From assembly GCF_006345805.1 (NCBI RefSeq), contig NC_042999.1, positions 147,746,001-147,810,000 on the forward strand: a DNA stretch of 64,000 nt, in the 5' to 3' direction. Shown here one piece after another: positions 23,216 through 37,418 of the stretch. The stretch is from Octopus sinensis. Its lineage: Eukaryota. The notes under the pieces are model-generated. The model was not told the DNA's origin and made no database searches. It was given only the letters and a program-made list of their open reading frames with translations. The position numbers were made by a program, and so were the translations under genes. The stretch's first letter is position 1. Each line of letters opens with the position of its first letter.

Positions 23216-23769
23216 TTACTTCTCAGGAGAGTTAATACTTTCGTCTCATATAGAAATTTTAGAGAATTAACTATTTGCTGGATGTAAGACCAGCTGTTGT
23301 ATGTCGCTTATTCATTTATATATTGCAAACTAGGATGAATGATTGCCATGTCTTGCAGATAGGTGTAACCAGTACCGACGATGGGTTATACCCAGAAACC
23401 AGCTGGTCTCTTAGTTCCTGTCAGCGGAAGATGGAAGTTGTTCGCACCCATTTTGCAATATAACGGTCGCAATATAACGTGTCGTTAACCAGCTGGATGA
23501 GAAGTCCTCCTTGGGCTAAAAAGAGTAGTAGCAGTGCTCTGTATGGAACAACCACGTTGAGGTGGTAACAACCGTTACTTTTCAGTAGAGTTACTACTTG
23601 CATCTCGTATTGATATTTTAGAACTAGCAACTTCGCTGAATACATACTTACATACATGCATGCATTCATGCATGCATACATACATACATCATAGATACAT
23701 ATATACATACATACATACATACATACATACATACATACATACATACATACATACATACATACATACATA

Positions 23770-24161
23770 CATGTTGTTGGTACTCCGTCGCTTTCGACGA
23801 CAAGGGTTCCAGTTGATCCGATCAACGGAACAGCCTGCTCATGAAATTAATGTGCAAGTGGCTGAGCACTCCTCAGACACGTGTACCCTTAACGTAGTTC
23901 TCAGGGAGATTCAGCGTGACACAGAGTGTGACAAGGCTGGCCCTTTGAATTACAGGCACAACAGAAACAGGAAGTAAGAGTGAGAGAACGTTGTGGTGAA
24001 AGAGTACAGCAGAGTTCGCCACTACCTCCTGCCGAAGTCTCGTGGAGCTTTTAGATGTTTTCGCTCAATAAACACTCACAACGTCCGGTCTGGGAATCGA
24101 AACCGCGGTCCTATGACCGCGAGTCCGCTGCCCTAACCACTGGGCCATTGCCCCGCCTCCA
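23770..24161 (-). mobile_element. tRNA-derived SINE family E, flanked by (ATAC)n
   Basis: Minus strand TGGCCCAGTGGTTAGGGCAGCGG..GGTTTCGATTCCC head; head repeated at 59720-59828. Confidence 0.85.
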
Positions 24162-24319
24162 CACATACACACATACATACATGCATACATACATACATAC
24201 ATACATACATACATACATACATACATACATACATACATACATACATACATACATACATACATACATACATACATACATACATACATACATACATACATAC
24301 ATACATACATACATACATA

Positions 24320-24530
24320 CGTTATATAAAATCCGTTCTGCCTGTGTGTGTGTGTTCTAGATCTCAGACATCCTCCATCAGATTGCGCTCAAATTTGATA
24401 TGTAGATACCGACGGTATCAGGACGTGTATAAGTCTTGAAAAAATTACAAAAATCGATTCCAGGTGAGAATTTGATCGATAAAGCCGTGAGAAAGTGCAT
24501 TTGTACGCACAAGTACATCAGCTGTTTAAG
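24320..24530 (+). mobile_element. Possible non-autonomous Helitron-like 5' fragment
   Basis: TATATAAAA..CTGCCTGTGTGTG start resembling the element at 28062; no 3' CTAG end found. Confidence 0.3.
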
Positions 24531-25536
24531 AGACCAAAAAAATTCCGGACCCTGTGCCTAGAGTAGAAAAGAATTCTTACTTTATGCCGCTTACAAAATA
24601 TTTTGCAGAAATATAATCTGCTATTTGTTGGTTTCATTTTTTTTTCCGTTTACATGTGAAATTACCTATTGAATGTATTATTGTACTACCATATCACAGG
24701 TCATGATTTCAAATTTTCGACTTACTTATTGTATTATCTATTGTGAGAATGCTTTATTTTACTTAACACTTTTTTTCTTTTCCCAAAGTTGTCAAAGATA
24801 TACGACAACCTCTTTTGTATCATACGACTAGTAAGTTTCCTACGCTAAACTGAAATGCAATCAAAACTTGGGATTTACTATACCCTTACTTGGGATATAT
24901 GTGTGCGAGTGAGTGTGTGTATGCGTTTGTGTGTGTGTGTGCAAGTATGTGTGCGCGTGTGTAGTCTGTGTCTATGTATGTGTGAGTTTGAGTTTGTGTA
25001 CTGAATTTTCGTCATATCTGATAAGAATTATTGAAAACATAATAAAATATTGTTTCAGCGAGTCTCACTCTGCTGAGACTGTAGTATTCACTGAACAGAG
25101 AGAATGAGAGAAAAACGGGGCCAGAAAGTTTCAAGAAGATGGAGGAGATCGTAAGGGGTGGAATAACACATTTATTTGACAGGAGTAACATTTCGAATTT
25201 GATTCAAAAAGTCACTACTGCTTTTATATTGGCAGTTCATGTTTTGAAAACTGTCTTGCTTTAATGTTTCTCATTTGTTTCAACGTTACAGATATTTTGT
25301 TTCAGGCAAGCAAAATAAAAATATTTCTCTTTTTTCTAACAATCGTTCCGAAGCTACTGTCAACAGACTTGTCAACTCTGTCATTTATAATAAAAGGCGT
25401 TGTGCAGATTAGTTGACTGGTAAGTGAATAAGAAGAACCATTTGCAGTAAAAGCTAAGTCGAAACTATTGTACATATAAAGATTAAGAAACTCAATATAC
25501 GTTATATATGTAAAATCAGCACAACATAGTTATTTT

Positions 25537-25585
<49 letters not shown>

Positions 25586-25772
25586 AGCACACACATTCAC
25601 TGGCACTAACACCCAAACAACGATATGGACAAACAAATGCATATATGTGCGTACATATGTATATATATACATATTTGATTTTGATTTTTGATTTTTCCAG
25701 TTTCAGCTTTCCCTATATATCTACATACATACTTACAGAAGTGTACGTACGCTGCTTTTTTCAATTTATGGA

Positions 25773-25846
<74 letters not shown>

Positions 25847-26177
25847 ATATATATATTATATATATTTGTTTATTCAAGTATGAATGTATATATTCATGCA
25901 TGCATAAATATATGGGTGTGTCTGTGTGTACATGTTTCTGGCTGCGCTGTTTCGGAAGAGGGTGATGGAGAGGGAGACAGAGAGATTGAATGCTAGAGAG
26001 AGATTTATTTTTCCCTTACACTGTTCTTAGTTATATCAGTTGTAAATTGTTTGAGAGCACACTGACGATTTTCGCTACAGTGACATAAAAATTGTTCACT
26101 TTCATAAAAATAGAATATAAACAATTTATATGGGTGACTTTGTGTGAGTTGTGTGATTATTTGTGTGTATATATATA

Positions 26178-26261
<84 letters not shown>

Positions 26262-26349
26262 GTGTGTGTGTTTGTGTGTATTTCTATGCATGTATCTATG
26301 TATGTATGCATATACATCTATATATTTGTGTATACTTACACATTCACAT

Positions 26350-26409
<60 letters not shown>

Positions 26410-26560
26410 TGTATGTATGTATGTATGTATGTATGAGTGTGTGCGTTTATGACATGTATGTGTATATATATATACACATATACATATATATAGGTATGTA
26501 TGAAAATGCGAATTTGTATGCAAAGACACAAAGAGGGTGAGCAGTGTATGTGTAAGTATG

Positions 26561-26591
<31 letters not shown>

Positions 26592-28061
26592 TGTGTTTCT
26601 GTGTGTGTGTGTGTTTCTGTGTGTGTAATGAAAATATGGCAAAGCGAAAGTACATTAATTTCCTGCATGTGTTTGTATCACATTAAAACTATAAAAATAA
26701 AGTGCCAACTAAGAAGAAAGACGGCAGATTATCAGAGGATTTAAAGTTGGGTGGCACCATATTTATGATTCTAGGTTTGTATAACGGCTCTTGCAAGATC
26801 TACAAAAACTACTTTGATGCGCAAATACTGCTGTACGGATATTTTGGTTTAGGAAAATTTGTTAGATCCAAGAAATTTTGCTTTCTTGTTAATCCTCGTA
26901 TATTGTAGTAGTTTCTCATAAAATCTTCTCAGACGAATTGTTTTGTTTTGTAACTTTTTTGTTGTTTTCTTTTTAGACGTTGTTGTACTCAACTACTGTG
27001 CTCAACTAAATCCCGTAAAGAAATATATTCATTGGGAAATAGTTTACCAGCTTAAATTTCCCTAATACTTTCACATATACATTCATGTCCGCACGTATGG
27101 ATGATTATTACATCTATTCACAAGTGCAAGCGAACGTAAATGTGTTTGAATATAAGGATCTGTTTCTCTATGTAGTGTCTTGGTTTCTTTTCAGGTGAAA
27201 GTATTGAGGGCACTGAATCAAGGACTCTGTAGAGCGACAGAACAACGGTTATGCGAGTTATGTTCGTTACAAGTGCACACGTAAATTTAATTGCTCTGAC
27301 ACATACACACGTATTTAAAGGTTAGTACAACCAAAAGATCCTAGTGTATGCAGTAATACCTAGGTATTTATACAGCTAGTGTAGATGACAAAAGGTTGTC
27401 GGTACCTGATAGAATATGTTATTAACGATCGTTCCATATAGAAGTCAAATGAAATTTCGATAAACTGACAGTTATCATACAACTCACGCTTTAGCAACTA
27501 AAGTAGTTAAAAATTCAAATAAAAATTCGAGAATGTAAGGAATTGAAATTCTAAAACAAATATTCCGTATCTAAAACAATGTTTGTTACATTACTTATAA
27601 CCCACATAAAGCCTCCTAGACCAATCTTCTCGTCCTGTTACCTTCAAATTGTTAACAAGTCAAGTGAAGACGAGTAAAGGATTCATCAATATAGCCACAG
27701 CACAAATCACAAGCCGAAAACAAAATTCGATTAGTTATCGAAAGTAATTGTTAGTAGGGAAGTCGCCCTAAAAGGAAACAAGGTGAGTATGTTTTCAGAT
27801 ATCATTTAATCGAAGGAAGAGGATGCTTCGCAGAGGAGTGAATTAGGGGGTTATGACTAAGGAGAATGAAGAAGAAGAGAGCTTCAGACGGAGCAATATA
27901 CATATATATATATGCATTATGTATATTTGTATGCTAGTTTATTATTCTTTCGCTTATCCATAGTAGCTGTTAACAATTATCGCTCAATTTAATACGCTGT
28001 TGATTTTCTGTTTCCTACTCTGTCCCTACCAAAGTTTAAAAGCATTTTATATTACATTATA

Positions 28062-28435
28062 TATATACATATAAATAAAGCTGAAGTTGTCTGTGTGTGG
28101 CAGGTTTGGTAAGCTTCAACTAACACTATTTCCTCCGAGACCCGGCGGCGTAAATTGACCAAAATTGAGAGTATGATAGAAGGCTTGCTCATCATTCCGT
28201 AGAAGAAAAAATTCAAATCGGACTCGTTAAGACCGAAAATTATTTACATCAAAAAGGTGCTTTTCTTTGATGAAAATCCCTTTTTTTTTACTGCTGTATA
28301 GCCATTCAACCAGAAAAATGTTCACTTAAAGAGAATAACAAGCTATGTAATGCAAAATTTATACTTTTCAAAAATTCCAATTCTAAAGGGTCGAAAAGAA
28401 AACCAACCTGCGCAACGCCAGGCAATACTGCTAGT
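28062..28435 (+). mobile_element. Non-autonomous Helitron
   Basis: 3' GC-rich hairpin CCTGCGCAACGCCAGG (28407-28422) shortly before CTAG-T (28431-28435); TA-rich 5' end then AAAGCTGAAGTTGTCTGTGTG. Confidence 0.75.
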
Positions 28436-28449
28436 GTATATATATATAT

Positions 28450-28836
28450 GAGTGGCTGTGTGGTAAGTAGCTTGCTAACCAACCACATGGTTCCGGGTTC
28501 AGTCGGCATCTTGGGCAAGTGTCTTCTGCCATAGCCCCGGGCCAACCAATGCCTTGTGAGTGGATTTGGTAGACGGAAACTGAAAGAAGCCTGTCGTATA
28601 TATGTATATATATGTGTGTGTGTGTGTTTGTGTGTCTGTGTTTGTCCCCCTAGCATTGCTTGACAACCGATGCTGGTGTGTTTACGTCCCCGTCACATAG
28701 CGTTTCGGCAAAAGAGACCGATAGAATAAGTACTGGGCTTACAAAGAATAAGTCCCGGGGTCGATTTGCTCGACTAAAGGCGGTGCTCCAGCATGGCCGC
28801 AGTCAAATGACTGAAACAAGTAAAAGAGTAAAAGAG
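28450..28836 (+). mobile_element. SINE family B
   Basis: Full copy, plus orientation. Confidence 0.9.
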
Positions 28837-28917
28837 TATATATATATATATATATATATACATACATACATACATACATATATGTATATATATACATACA
28901 CATACATATATATATAT

Positions 28918-28948
<31 letters not shown>

Positions 28949-28952
<4 letters not shown>

Positions 28953-29371
28953 ACTGCGTCATGCTGGAGCACCGCCTTTAGTCGAATAGATAGACCCCAT
29001 TACTTATGCCTTATAAGCCTAGTACTTATTCTATTAGTTTCTCTTGCTGAACCGCTAAGCCTAGTAATTATTCTCTCGGTCTGTTTTGACAAACAGCTAA
29101 GTTACGGGGACGTAAAACACCGACATCGGTTGTCAAACGATGGTAGAGGGACAAACACAGACACACAAATACACACGCACACACAATACACACACACACA
29201 CACACTCATATATACGATTGGTTCCTTTCAGCTTCCGTCAGCCAAATCCACACACAAGGCTTTGGTCGACCCGAGGCTATGTTAGAAGACACTTGCCCAA
29301 GGTGCCACGCAGTGGGACAGAACCCAAAACCATGTGGTTGGTAAGCAAGGTACTTACCACATAGCCACTCC
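28949..29371 (-). mobile_element. SINE family B, inverted relative to 28450-28836
   Basis: Near-full copy, minus orientation, with a small internal duplication near 29050-29090. Confidence 0.9.
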
Positions 29372-29404
29372 TAATAGTCACATATGTATGTATTATCTGT
29401 ATGT

Positions 29405-29530
29405 GTGTCTTTGTGTCTCACCCCATCACCGCTTTACAACCGCTGTTGTTGTGTTTACGTTTCCGTAACTTACAGGTCCGACAAACGAGACCGATAGAGT
29501 AAGTCCTGGGCTTTAAGAAACCCAGTAAAG
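29405..29530 (+). mobile_element. SINE family B 3'-half fragment
   Basis: GTGTTTACGTTTCCGTAACTTA..GAGACCGATAGA; interrupted by the ORF1-like remnant. Confidence 0.65.
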
Positions 29531-29544
29531 TTGGTGTCTCCGAT

Positions 29545-30360
29545 TAAGGAGACTGAAAACCCCAATTTTGCATCCGCCGCTATAGTGGCCAGAAGAGAAT
29601 TAAAAATAAACAACGAAGAAATGGAGAAATTCAAAGAGAAGATAAAGTCGGAGGGGCATGAACTATCAATATCCCACCCCAGCGAAATCTTGAAAAAAGC
29701 TGAAAGAAGCACAGTAATTTAGAAGACTGCGGTTTAAAAAAAAGAGAAAACAGGATGCAGCTAATAAAGTGGCGTTAGAGAAGTGTCTTCGACTAGTTTG
29801 GTAGGACGTGGTGTTCCTCACAAGAGGATAGAGGTTCGCCACGGTCGAAGTTCGATTCTGTTCGGAGGAAAAAGCTAGGCAGCACTCCACAAAGACACTA
29901 AAAACTTCTGAGGTGGTACACCTACCAACTTATCTGGGAAGAAGTGCCTTCAAGATAAGGGTGGGAGAGATCCCACGTGAAGTGGATGCTGTCTGGCAGC
30001 AATAACAGTGGGCTTGGAAGAAAAAAATTACCATCCTCCAAGCGACTGTATAAAGACAGCAGAATTTGAAAGGGCTGGGACTAGAAATGTTAGTCCAAGC
30101 GGCCCCTACCGACCTTGGAGAAATCGTAGATACCATATAGGTGCGGGAGAGTAAGCTGCAGGTGAATGTCGAGGGGAGGAAGCCACATTGTTACAGGTGT
30201 GGCCATAAAGGTCACATTAGGGCCGATTGTGTTCCCCCACGTCGAGAAAGCAGCGATGCTCCCACCTGCAACGGGAAACCAAAAAGTTGCCAGAAAACCG
30301 GCAAAACAAGAACACCAACACCTGCAACACCAATGGCGTCAGAGGAATCAACACCTTCAA
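29545..30360 (+). pseudogene. Decayed gag-like ORF1 of a LINE with CX2CX4HX4C zinc knuckle
   Basis: CYRCGHKGHIRADC at 30189-30230, preceded by ..LQVNVEGRKPH; upstream coding-like sequence broken by stops; no ORF2 follows. Confidence 0.7.
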
Positions 30361-31009
30361 GATCACACTACCGCACATACATACAAATTCTGTTTTATAT
30401 ATTAAGATATAGACATCAATGTGTTACTGTTTGTAATTGTATGCATGTGTCCATGTGCAAGTATGGTCATTCATTATTCCACCTTATGATTTGGAGATCA
30501 TTCTCTGAGGTGACGAAGTTAACTGTTAAGTTTTCCATATATTCTTATTCGATGTCAGCAGTCATTCTAAGATCCGCTTTAAACATATGTCAAAGGATAT
30601 ATTCCTGGCCATTTATCATTATTACTTCTTTCCGCTACTTAGCTAGATACATAGTTAAACTATTGCAATCAATTATTTCCGTCCACTAATCATATTAATG
30701 ATTACTTAGCAATCTAAAGCAACATCTGCTCTTTACGATGTGTAATTTAGTCGCATTCTTATTTTCATTTTATTTTAATCTGTTGTTACGCAGATTGCGA
30801 AAAGTTTTAGCGATGCTTCTCTGTTAAATACATAAGATAAATAGTGTACATAAAAATTAACTTTGCATATGCCCCAAGTAGCAACCGTAGTAGCAACTGA
30901 GTATTTTTGCAAGCACTTTTGAATACATCGTAATATCGGCAGCCTTTCTATACCATTATCTGTAAAAAAGAAGTAAAGTTCCATCCCAATTCATATAAAA
31001 TCATGAGGC

Positions 31010-31220
31010 CGGTTACTCGGTTTTCACACGTGTATATTCCCCACCAAGACCAGTCACCTGTCCGTCGCAGGAAGGCTAATTTTTGTCAGCTGAGCGGACT
31101 GGAGCAATGTGAAATTAAGCATTTTGCTTAAGAACACAATGCGTCTTCCGGTCCAGGAATCGAAACTACAATCTTACGATCAGGAATCCAACACACTACC
31201 CACTGAGCCACGCACCTCCA
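31010..31220 (-). mobile_element. SINE family D
   Basis: Reverse complement matches the head and core of 6765-6968. Confidence 0.7.
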
Positions 31221-34200
31221 GTATCATTATGAAGCATCTCATGAAAACAAACGTCTCGCCCCTTAACCAGTACTCTTCGCCTCCGTGGGGCAACGAAGAA
31301 TTTATTTCTATTCAAGGAAGGGTTTAACTTGTAGTCTCTTGTCAAGCATAACCAATTAGAGCGGGTCTCAACTGCAATATATATTTCTTTTGTGACTTTC
31401 TTCAAGTATTTATGTTCTAGACATATTTTGTGCAGGAACGAGAGCACTGGCCTGTCTGGCAATTCACAGCAGCCGATTCCTAAAAGGAATGAGTCCCCCT
31501 GCAACCTATCGAAAAAAGCTTAGTCAACCAAGCCACTACAATTCGTCTTATTTTTGCTGTTAAGAAATGTCCATTATGCCTTCCTAATGCACGGATTGAA
31601 CACACGTGTGGTGCAGAGTTCCTTCTGGTATTGGCCAATTCTGAAAAACTGTAACGCCATACAATTTAATATTGTAATCAATAAAATTGTATATGTTTTC
31701 CAAAGTCGCACCATACAGAGAGCTACTCCTCTGCTGATGTACACACATCGCTTACATATGTTTCTTTAGCAATGTTATCTACCGAACAATGCGTTTGGTT
31801 TTTGGATTTGCTTTACAAGATTCTTTATGTGAGTTCGTGTGTTGAAGCATATTCTATTGTGTCTGGGGAGAGTCATTTTCTTTTCGTGCCTTATAATTTA
31901 ACACACTCACCGGTAAAATTTCCACTTATTATTTTTATTTTCCTAACATTTTCGTTGAGTCTTGCGACCTTTTCACTAGTCAAGACTATTGAATTAGAAA
32001 TAGTATTCAACAGTCAGAATCATTACACCATGTTTTAGTTCTGGTGCCAGTGCTTCAAAAAACATTTGTGTTCGCTCTTCAACGAATTTACAATGCAGGC
32101 CATCCAACAACGTTTGCATCTTCTATATGCATTAACTTAAAACAAAACTAGGACTGACATAATCTTTCACATAACGTTTTCTAATCAATCTATATAATAG
32201 TATCTTCTCAAATCTCTAGTATCACTATTGATCTCATGTGAGATCACTATTTATCTCATCTTTTGTGTAGCTGTAGCTACATGAAACATGAGATACGTAG
32301 ACATAAAATGGTGAAGATTCTGTGGACAGCATGATTTACATAGTCTATTTATCATTATATGTATATCATTGAGTTTTGCATGTATATTATAGTTCCATAG
32401 GATCCATTTGCGCCCCTGTCAAGGATGAAAATGTGTTATTTGTTTTCTCTTTTATGAGTTCTCCTTCAATTGGTTTCATGTATAACATGAATATGAAGTT
32501 CCACTGAAAACATACCATAAAATATATTAGGAACTGAGAAGCAAAGTGTCTTTGCATCTGCATCTAATGTGTTGGTTACATATGTCACTCACTCTTACCA
32601 TTCGATCAATGTGACACAGTGCGTCATATGCCCAGTGTGTGTGTGTGTCTGGTGTATGTGTGTGTGTGTGTGTGTGTCTGTGTATGTGTGTGAGTGTGTG
32701 TATGTGTCGGTGTGTTTGTTGATGTGTCGGTGTGTAACTACTGTTGTATGCTTCGAAATTACTGCATCATTTCTGTCTGTTTTTCTTTACTTCCTCTATT
32801 TATTTCGCTCCGCTCCTCCTGCTCTGTCCAATCTCTTTCCATATATCTTGATATTGCGAATTGCTCGTTTCTACGTAGAAATCTCCCTCTATATGTATGT
32901 ATGTATGCATGTATGTATGTGTGTGTGTATGTATGTATGTATGTATGTATGTATGTATGTATGTATGTATGTATGAATGTGTGTATGTATGTATGTATGT
33001 ATGTATGTATGTATGTATGTATGTATGTATGAATGTATTATGTATGTATGTATTATGTATGTACGTATGTATGTATGTATGTGTGTGTGTGTGTGTTTTG
33101 TATTAGTGTGCGCTATATTATAATCAGTTAATATCGAATAGTGAGAATTAGTGTTAAACATTGCATTGGTCGCTAAATATTTCTTTTATTTGTGGGTTAA
33201 CTAGGCTATCATTTCTTTCATGTTAATGGAGGTATATCTCTTAACGATTTTCAAACGTATTGCCTGTGACGTTGGTGCTCGTCTAATCGAAAATTGTTAG
33301 AAAATATACCTCACTAGCGGTATATATATATATATATTATGTCATATTATATTATATCATTATATCATATTATTATATATTACATATTAAGAAAAAGCAA
33401 AAGCCTCAACATCGGCAACAATTTGCATAACAACTATACTTCGTAATCTGAATGTATATGTCCAGAGGTTACATAGCTTCCTGCAGGACCCTTCTTTGAA
33501 TATGTGTCTCGGCATGGTTAGACTCATTGTTTATTTGTAATGCAGATCTCAAGTCATGCTTGTTCTATCTGTACGCCACATGTCGACTCTGTGCAGAGGT
33601 CTTTCAATAGAGCATATAGAACAATTAAAAGAATTATACAATGTACTACTGCGAATTATTTAGACAGTGACTGCTGTGCACACAAGCACGCGCACTCTAC
33701 AGCAGAAGGTGGTCTTTCCACCAAGTACCAACGATTGTTTCACAAACACTAAGCGATCTGGTTCACAGTTATTTCTTCCCAAATCTCAATTTTTACCCCT
33801 ATTGATTTTATACTTCACTTCAGTCAGGGATGCATTCACGAAATATTGGCTTCTGAAATATTTTCCCTTCGTTCGTAATCCTACAACTTTTCACGCCCAT
33901 TAAAATTGGCATCTTTAATTTCAAGATGATTAATGAATTCATTAGCTCTATCCCTCTATCTAGCACAAAGAAAAATCGAAACAGATCACATTCGCACTCG
34001 TCAATATCATTTGTTAGTTGCCACATATTATGAACAGCACAGTGTCGAATGTTTGATTAGTGGAGGTTCCACACCGTCTACAGATCCTGAATATGTGTAT
34101 CTGAAGTTAGCTTGGAGCCATGGTTATTTGTTCAAAGCTGCACGAATGATTTAGTTTGTGATTTATAATTGACTAAGAAGGATGCAAAGCTTCTCTCCTG

Positions 34201-35795
34201 AAGACTGTTGGAAGGCTGTTTAGTTAAACATGTAATTAGGCTTTCAGTAAAAATAAACAAGTTCTAATCGAATCTATATTCAGCGACCATGTGAATCTAT
34301 ATTCGCCTGCCATGATGAAACACTTTCTATTCCTGTCATTAACTGCCATAAATGACGGAATGTACTGCGAAAAGTAAACATTGAGAACGGTTTTATAAAT
34401 ATATCCACTGAAACGAAAGCGCGTGAATTTGGCATGAAGATATGTTAGCGAATTTGTTGGATATTACATCACATTAACTCAGATTATATTGGATACAAAA
34501 TTGCTCCAAATGAGAAACGGGCAGCTTGATTATGAAGCTTTACATAAACAAAAGTAGAACTTCTATAAGTTGCTACAGGGATACGAAGTAATTGATGTAC
34601 TGTATACAATACTTTGTACAGCCATTTATGATCATCAAATTTTACTTTTGTCTAGCCAGGGTAAATTTCAATCAACATAGAAAGCACGAAGCAGAATTAA
34701 CACTGTGGAATATGTGATGTTGCAGGAAACCTGAGGAAATATCATTAGCATTCTCGACAGCAATTCATTAGAAACACCGTGTTCAGTCTTCCCAACAGAT
34801 TTACATAATCGGCCATGCTTTTCGCTGTGTATCCCAGTTGCTTCATATAACAATATTGATCTCTTATAGCTGCGCAAAACTTATTTATAGAAGGGAGAAG
34901 ATATTGGATATTGTTACGTTCATGACATTTCCAAGAGTATTATCACCGCATTTGAAGTTAAATGGCTTCAATAGAGAATCGATACATGTCCATGATTTCT
35001 ACTAACCACAAGCTTATATATTTTTCTACTACACTTGCCAGACTTTATATAACAATATAACAATTACGTTGATCTTTGATCTTGTTAGTTCTACCTCAGC
35101 AGTTTAGAAAATTTCTGATTCTTTCTGCCATCTCAGTGGTCTATAGAACTGGTTAGGTAGTAAGCATTATAATCAATCATATTTTCTTCATATCATATTT
35201 CTCATAGTCATTCATGATTTATGCCTTTAAAAGATTTGGATTTTTATGCGTTCTCTAACTACTTTCTTTAAGATTACTTTTCCACAATCAGAGATTTTTG
35301 TTGTTGCTTAACCCCTGGCCAAAGCTGACAACCTAAAGAGGCATAAAATCCCATGATTTCCCAACAACATAAGATTATTTTTCTCGTGACAAAATGTAAC
35401 ATGGATTACATTAACAAATATTCCCTCTTTTAGTGATAATGACATATTGGTAGTGATTTGGGTATTACTTCTAGTAGGCTGAGTGAAACCCGTAGAAGCT
35501 CTTTCAATTGCTGTATCCCTTATTTACGTGAGAAGAAAATTAAATGGCGGTTGTTACAGGAATGCATTCCTTCAACGGTGATAGTTGAGGATAACATGAA
35601 ACGAAATAGCTTCCAGGTATCATGATTAGCAACTTGAAAGCTTATTACAAAGTGTTCAAAGATTTCGAATTTATTCTGATCTATTAACATTTAATAGGAG
35701 AAATTTGATTTCTTTCTTAAACAAAAAGCATAATTTTAATATATGAATTGAAGTAGCTCCAGCATATGAGCTGTGGCCATGCTACAGCACCGCCA

Positions 35796-35864
<69 letters not shown>

Positions 35865-35904
35865 TTAATTACAGGATAAAGTCATTAAAATTAATGAATT
35901 TTAT

Positions 35905-36845
35905 CAGAGGCCAGCATATAAAAACCTTTTAGGTAAAATACATCTATAGAGATATATAATTGTACAGGGCATATATATACTTAAGGGCTACCGTGCCTAT
36001 ATGTTGAAAGAAAACGCCGAATTCGTCCCACCACTTTAATTGTTCACTCCACATATACACACGAGTTGAAAGCGGGAAACTAGACTGACTAAAAATTCAT
36101 AAAATAATTCATTTTCTTTTGGATTGATCAATTTCATGATTAGTTTGATAACTTTTCTTTCATCAGCAAAACATACTAAGTAAAATAAATGAAAATATTA
36201 ATACATACCCACAGAAAAGCACACGCAAAATGTGAGCACATACAAATATTCACACATATATACGCATCGAATTTCGCATTCCACCTCAACACGTGTGTTT
36301 CTGATCAGAATAGCACACTAGTAAATAAACTAACCCAATATCAATGGTTGTGTTTAAGCAAAATTACAGGTTAAATACATCAAAATTAAGTTTCATCAGT
36401 AGTCAGCATATAAAAACCTTTAAGGCAAGATATATATATAGATAGAGATATATAATTGTATGGGGCACAATTATACTTAAAGATACAGAAGCTACCGTGC
36501 CTACAAGCTGAAAGAAGGCGCGTATATATGTGTGTGAATATTTGTATGTACACGAAATTTGCGTATGCTTTTCTGTGGCTATATATAAATATTTTCATTT
36601 ATTTCGCTTCGTATGTTTTTCTGATGAAGGAAGAGTTATCGAACTAATCCATAAATTGATCAACCTAAAATTAACTGAATTTTTTAAGAATTTTTAGTTA
36701 CTCTACTCTCCTGCTTTCAACTTGTGTGTATACGTGGAGTGAACATTTCAAGTGCTGGAAGAAATTCGGCGTCTTCTTTTAGCATATAAGCTCAGTAGCG
36801 TCTGTGCCATTAAGCATAATTGTACCCTATACAATTATCTCTCTC
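35905..36845. repeat. Complex direct + inverted repeat (arms ~35948-36266 and ~36519-36843, roughly 80% identical by eye; 36405-36518 repeats 35905-36015 directly)
   Basis: Manual alignment; both arms carry a CTGATGAA-(G/A)GAA..TC-(G/A)AAC hammerhead-like remnant (36160-36166 minus, 36621-36627 plus). Confidence 0.8.
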
Positions 36846-37418
36846 CCCTCCCTCCCTCTCTCTCTTTCTCTCTTTGTGTATATATATATATACATATATA
36901 TATATCGAGATTGTAGTCGATTCACACTGTTGCAAAATCTCCGTCGCTGACAAGGCTTTAGAAATATCGACCTTAAAAAGTAATAACAGAAAAACTGAAT
37001 GTAAAAAAATTTCATGTTACAAAACTAGCATGATAGCCACCGATTCTACATCTACATTAGCTCTTGGAATCATTAACATTATTCTAAAATGTTTTCACTA
37101 TTCCAATCCATGTATACATATGTGGTTGTGTGCATGCACGGGTTTCTTTTAATTATATGAAATATGAAAATGGACATATTTATTTAAGTGAATAAATTAT
37201 ATATAATTCAATATAGCACCAAAGAGTCTAGTTAATTAACGAATGGGTTTAAACCCTTAATATTCGTGTCTGAAATGCGCTACATACGATTTAGGAGAAG
37301 ATGAAAAAAAAAGAACCGATAATACATATGTTGTAATGTATCATAGCAAATATTCATTCGCTCGTGAATTGCACAGCAAGCGATCAACAACGAAATTATA
37401 CAAAATAGAAAATAGTCT

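Noticed and set aside
30141-30689. 182-aa ORF as a host zinc-finger gene
   Set aside because: Only the first ~70 aa are gag-like and belong to a stop-ridden retroelement ORF1; the remainder is read-through into non-coding DNA.
34690-34960. Faint CR1-like RT motifs (DIGYCYVHDISKS)
   Set aside because: Similarity too weak and fragmentary to support by eye.
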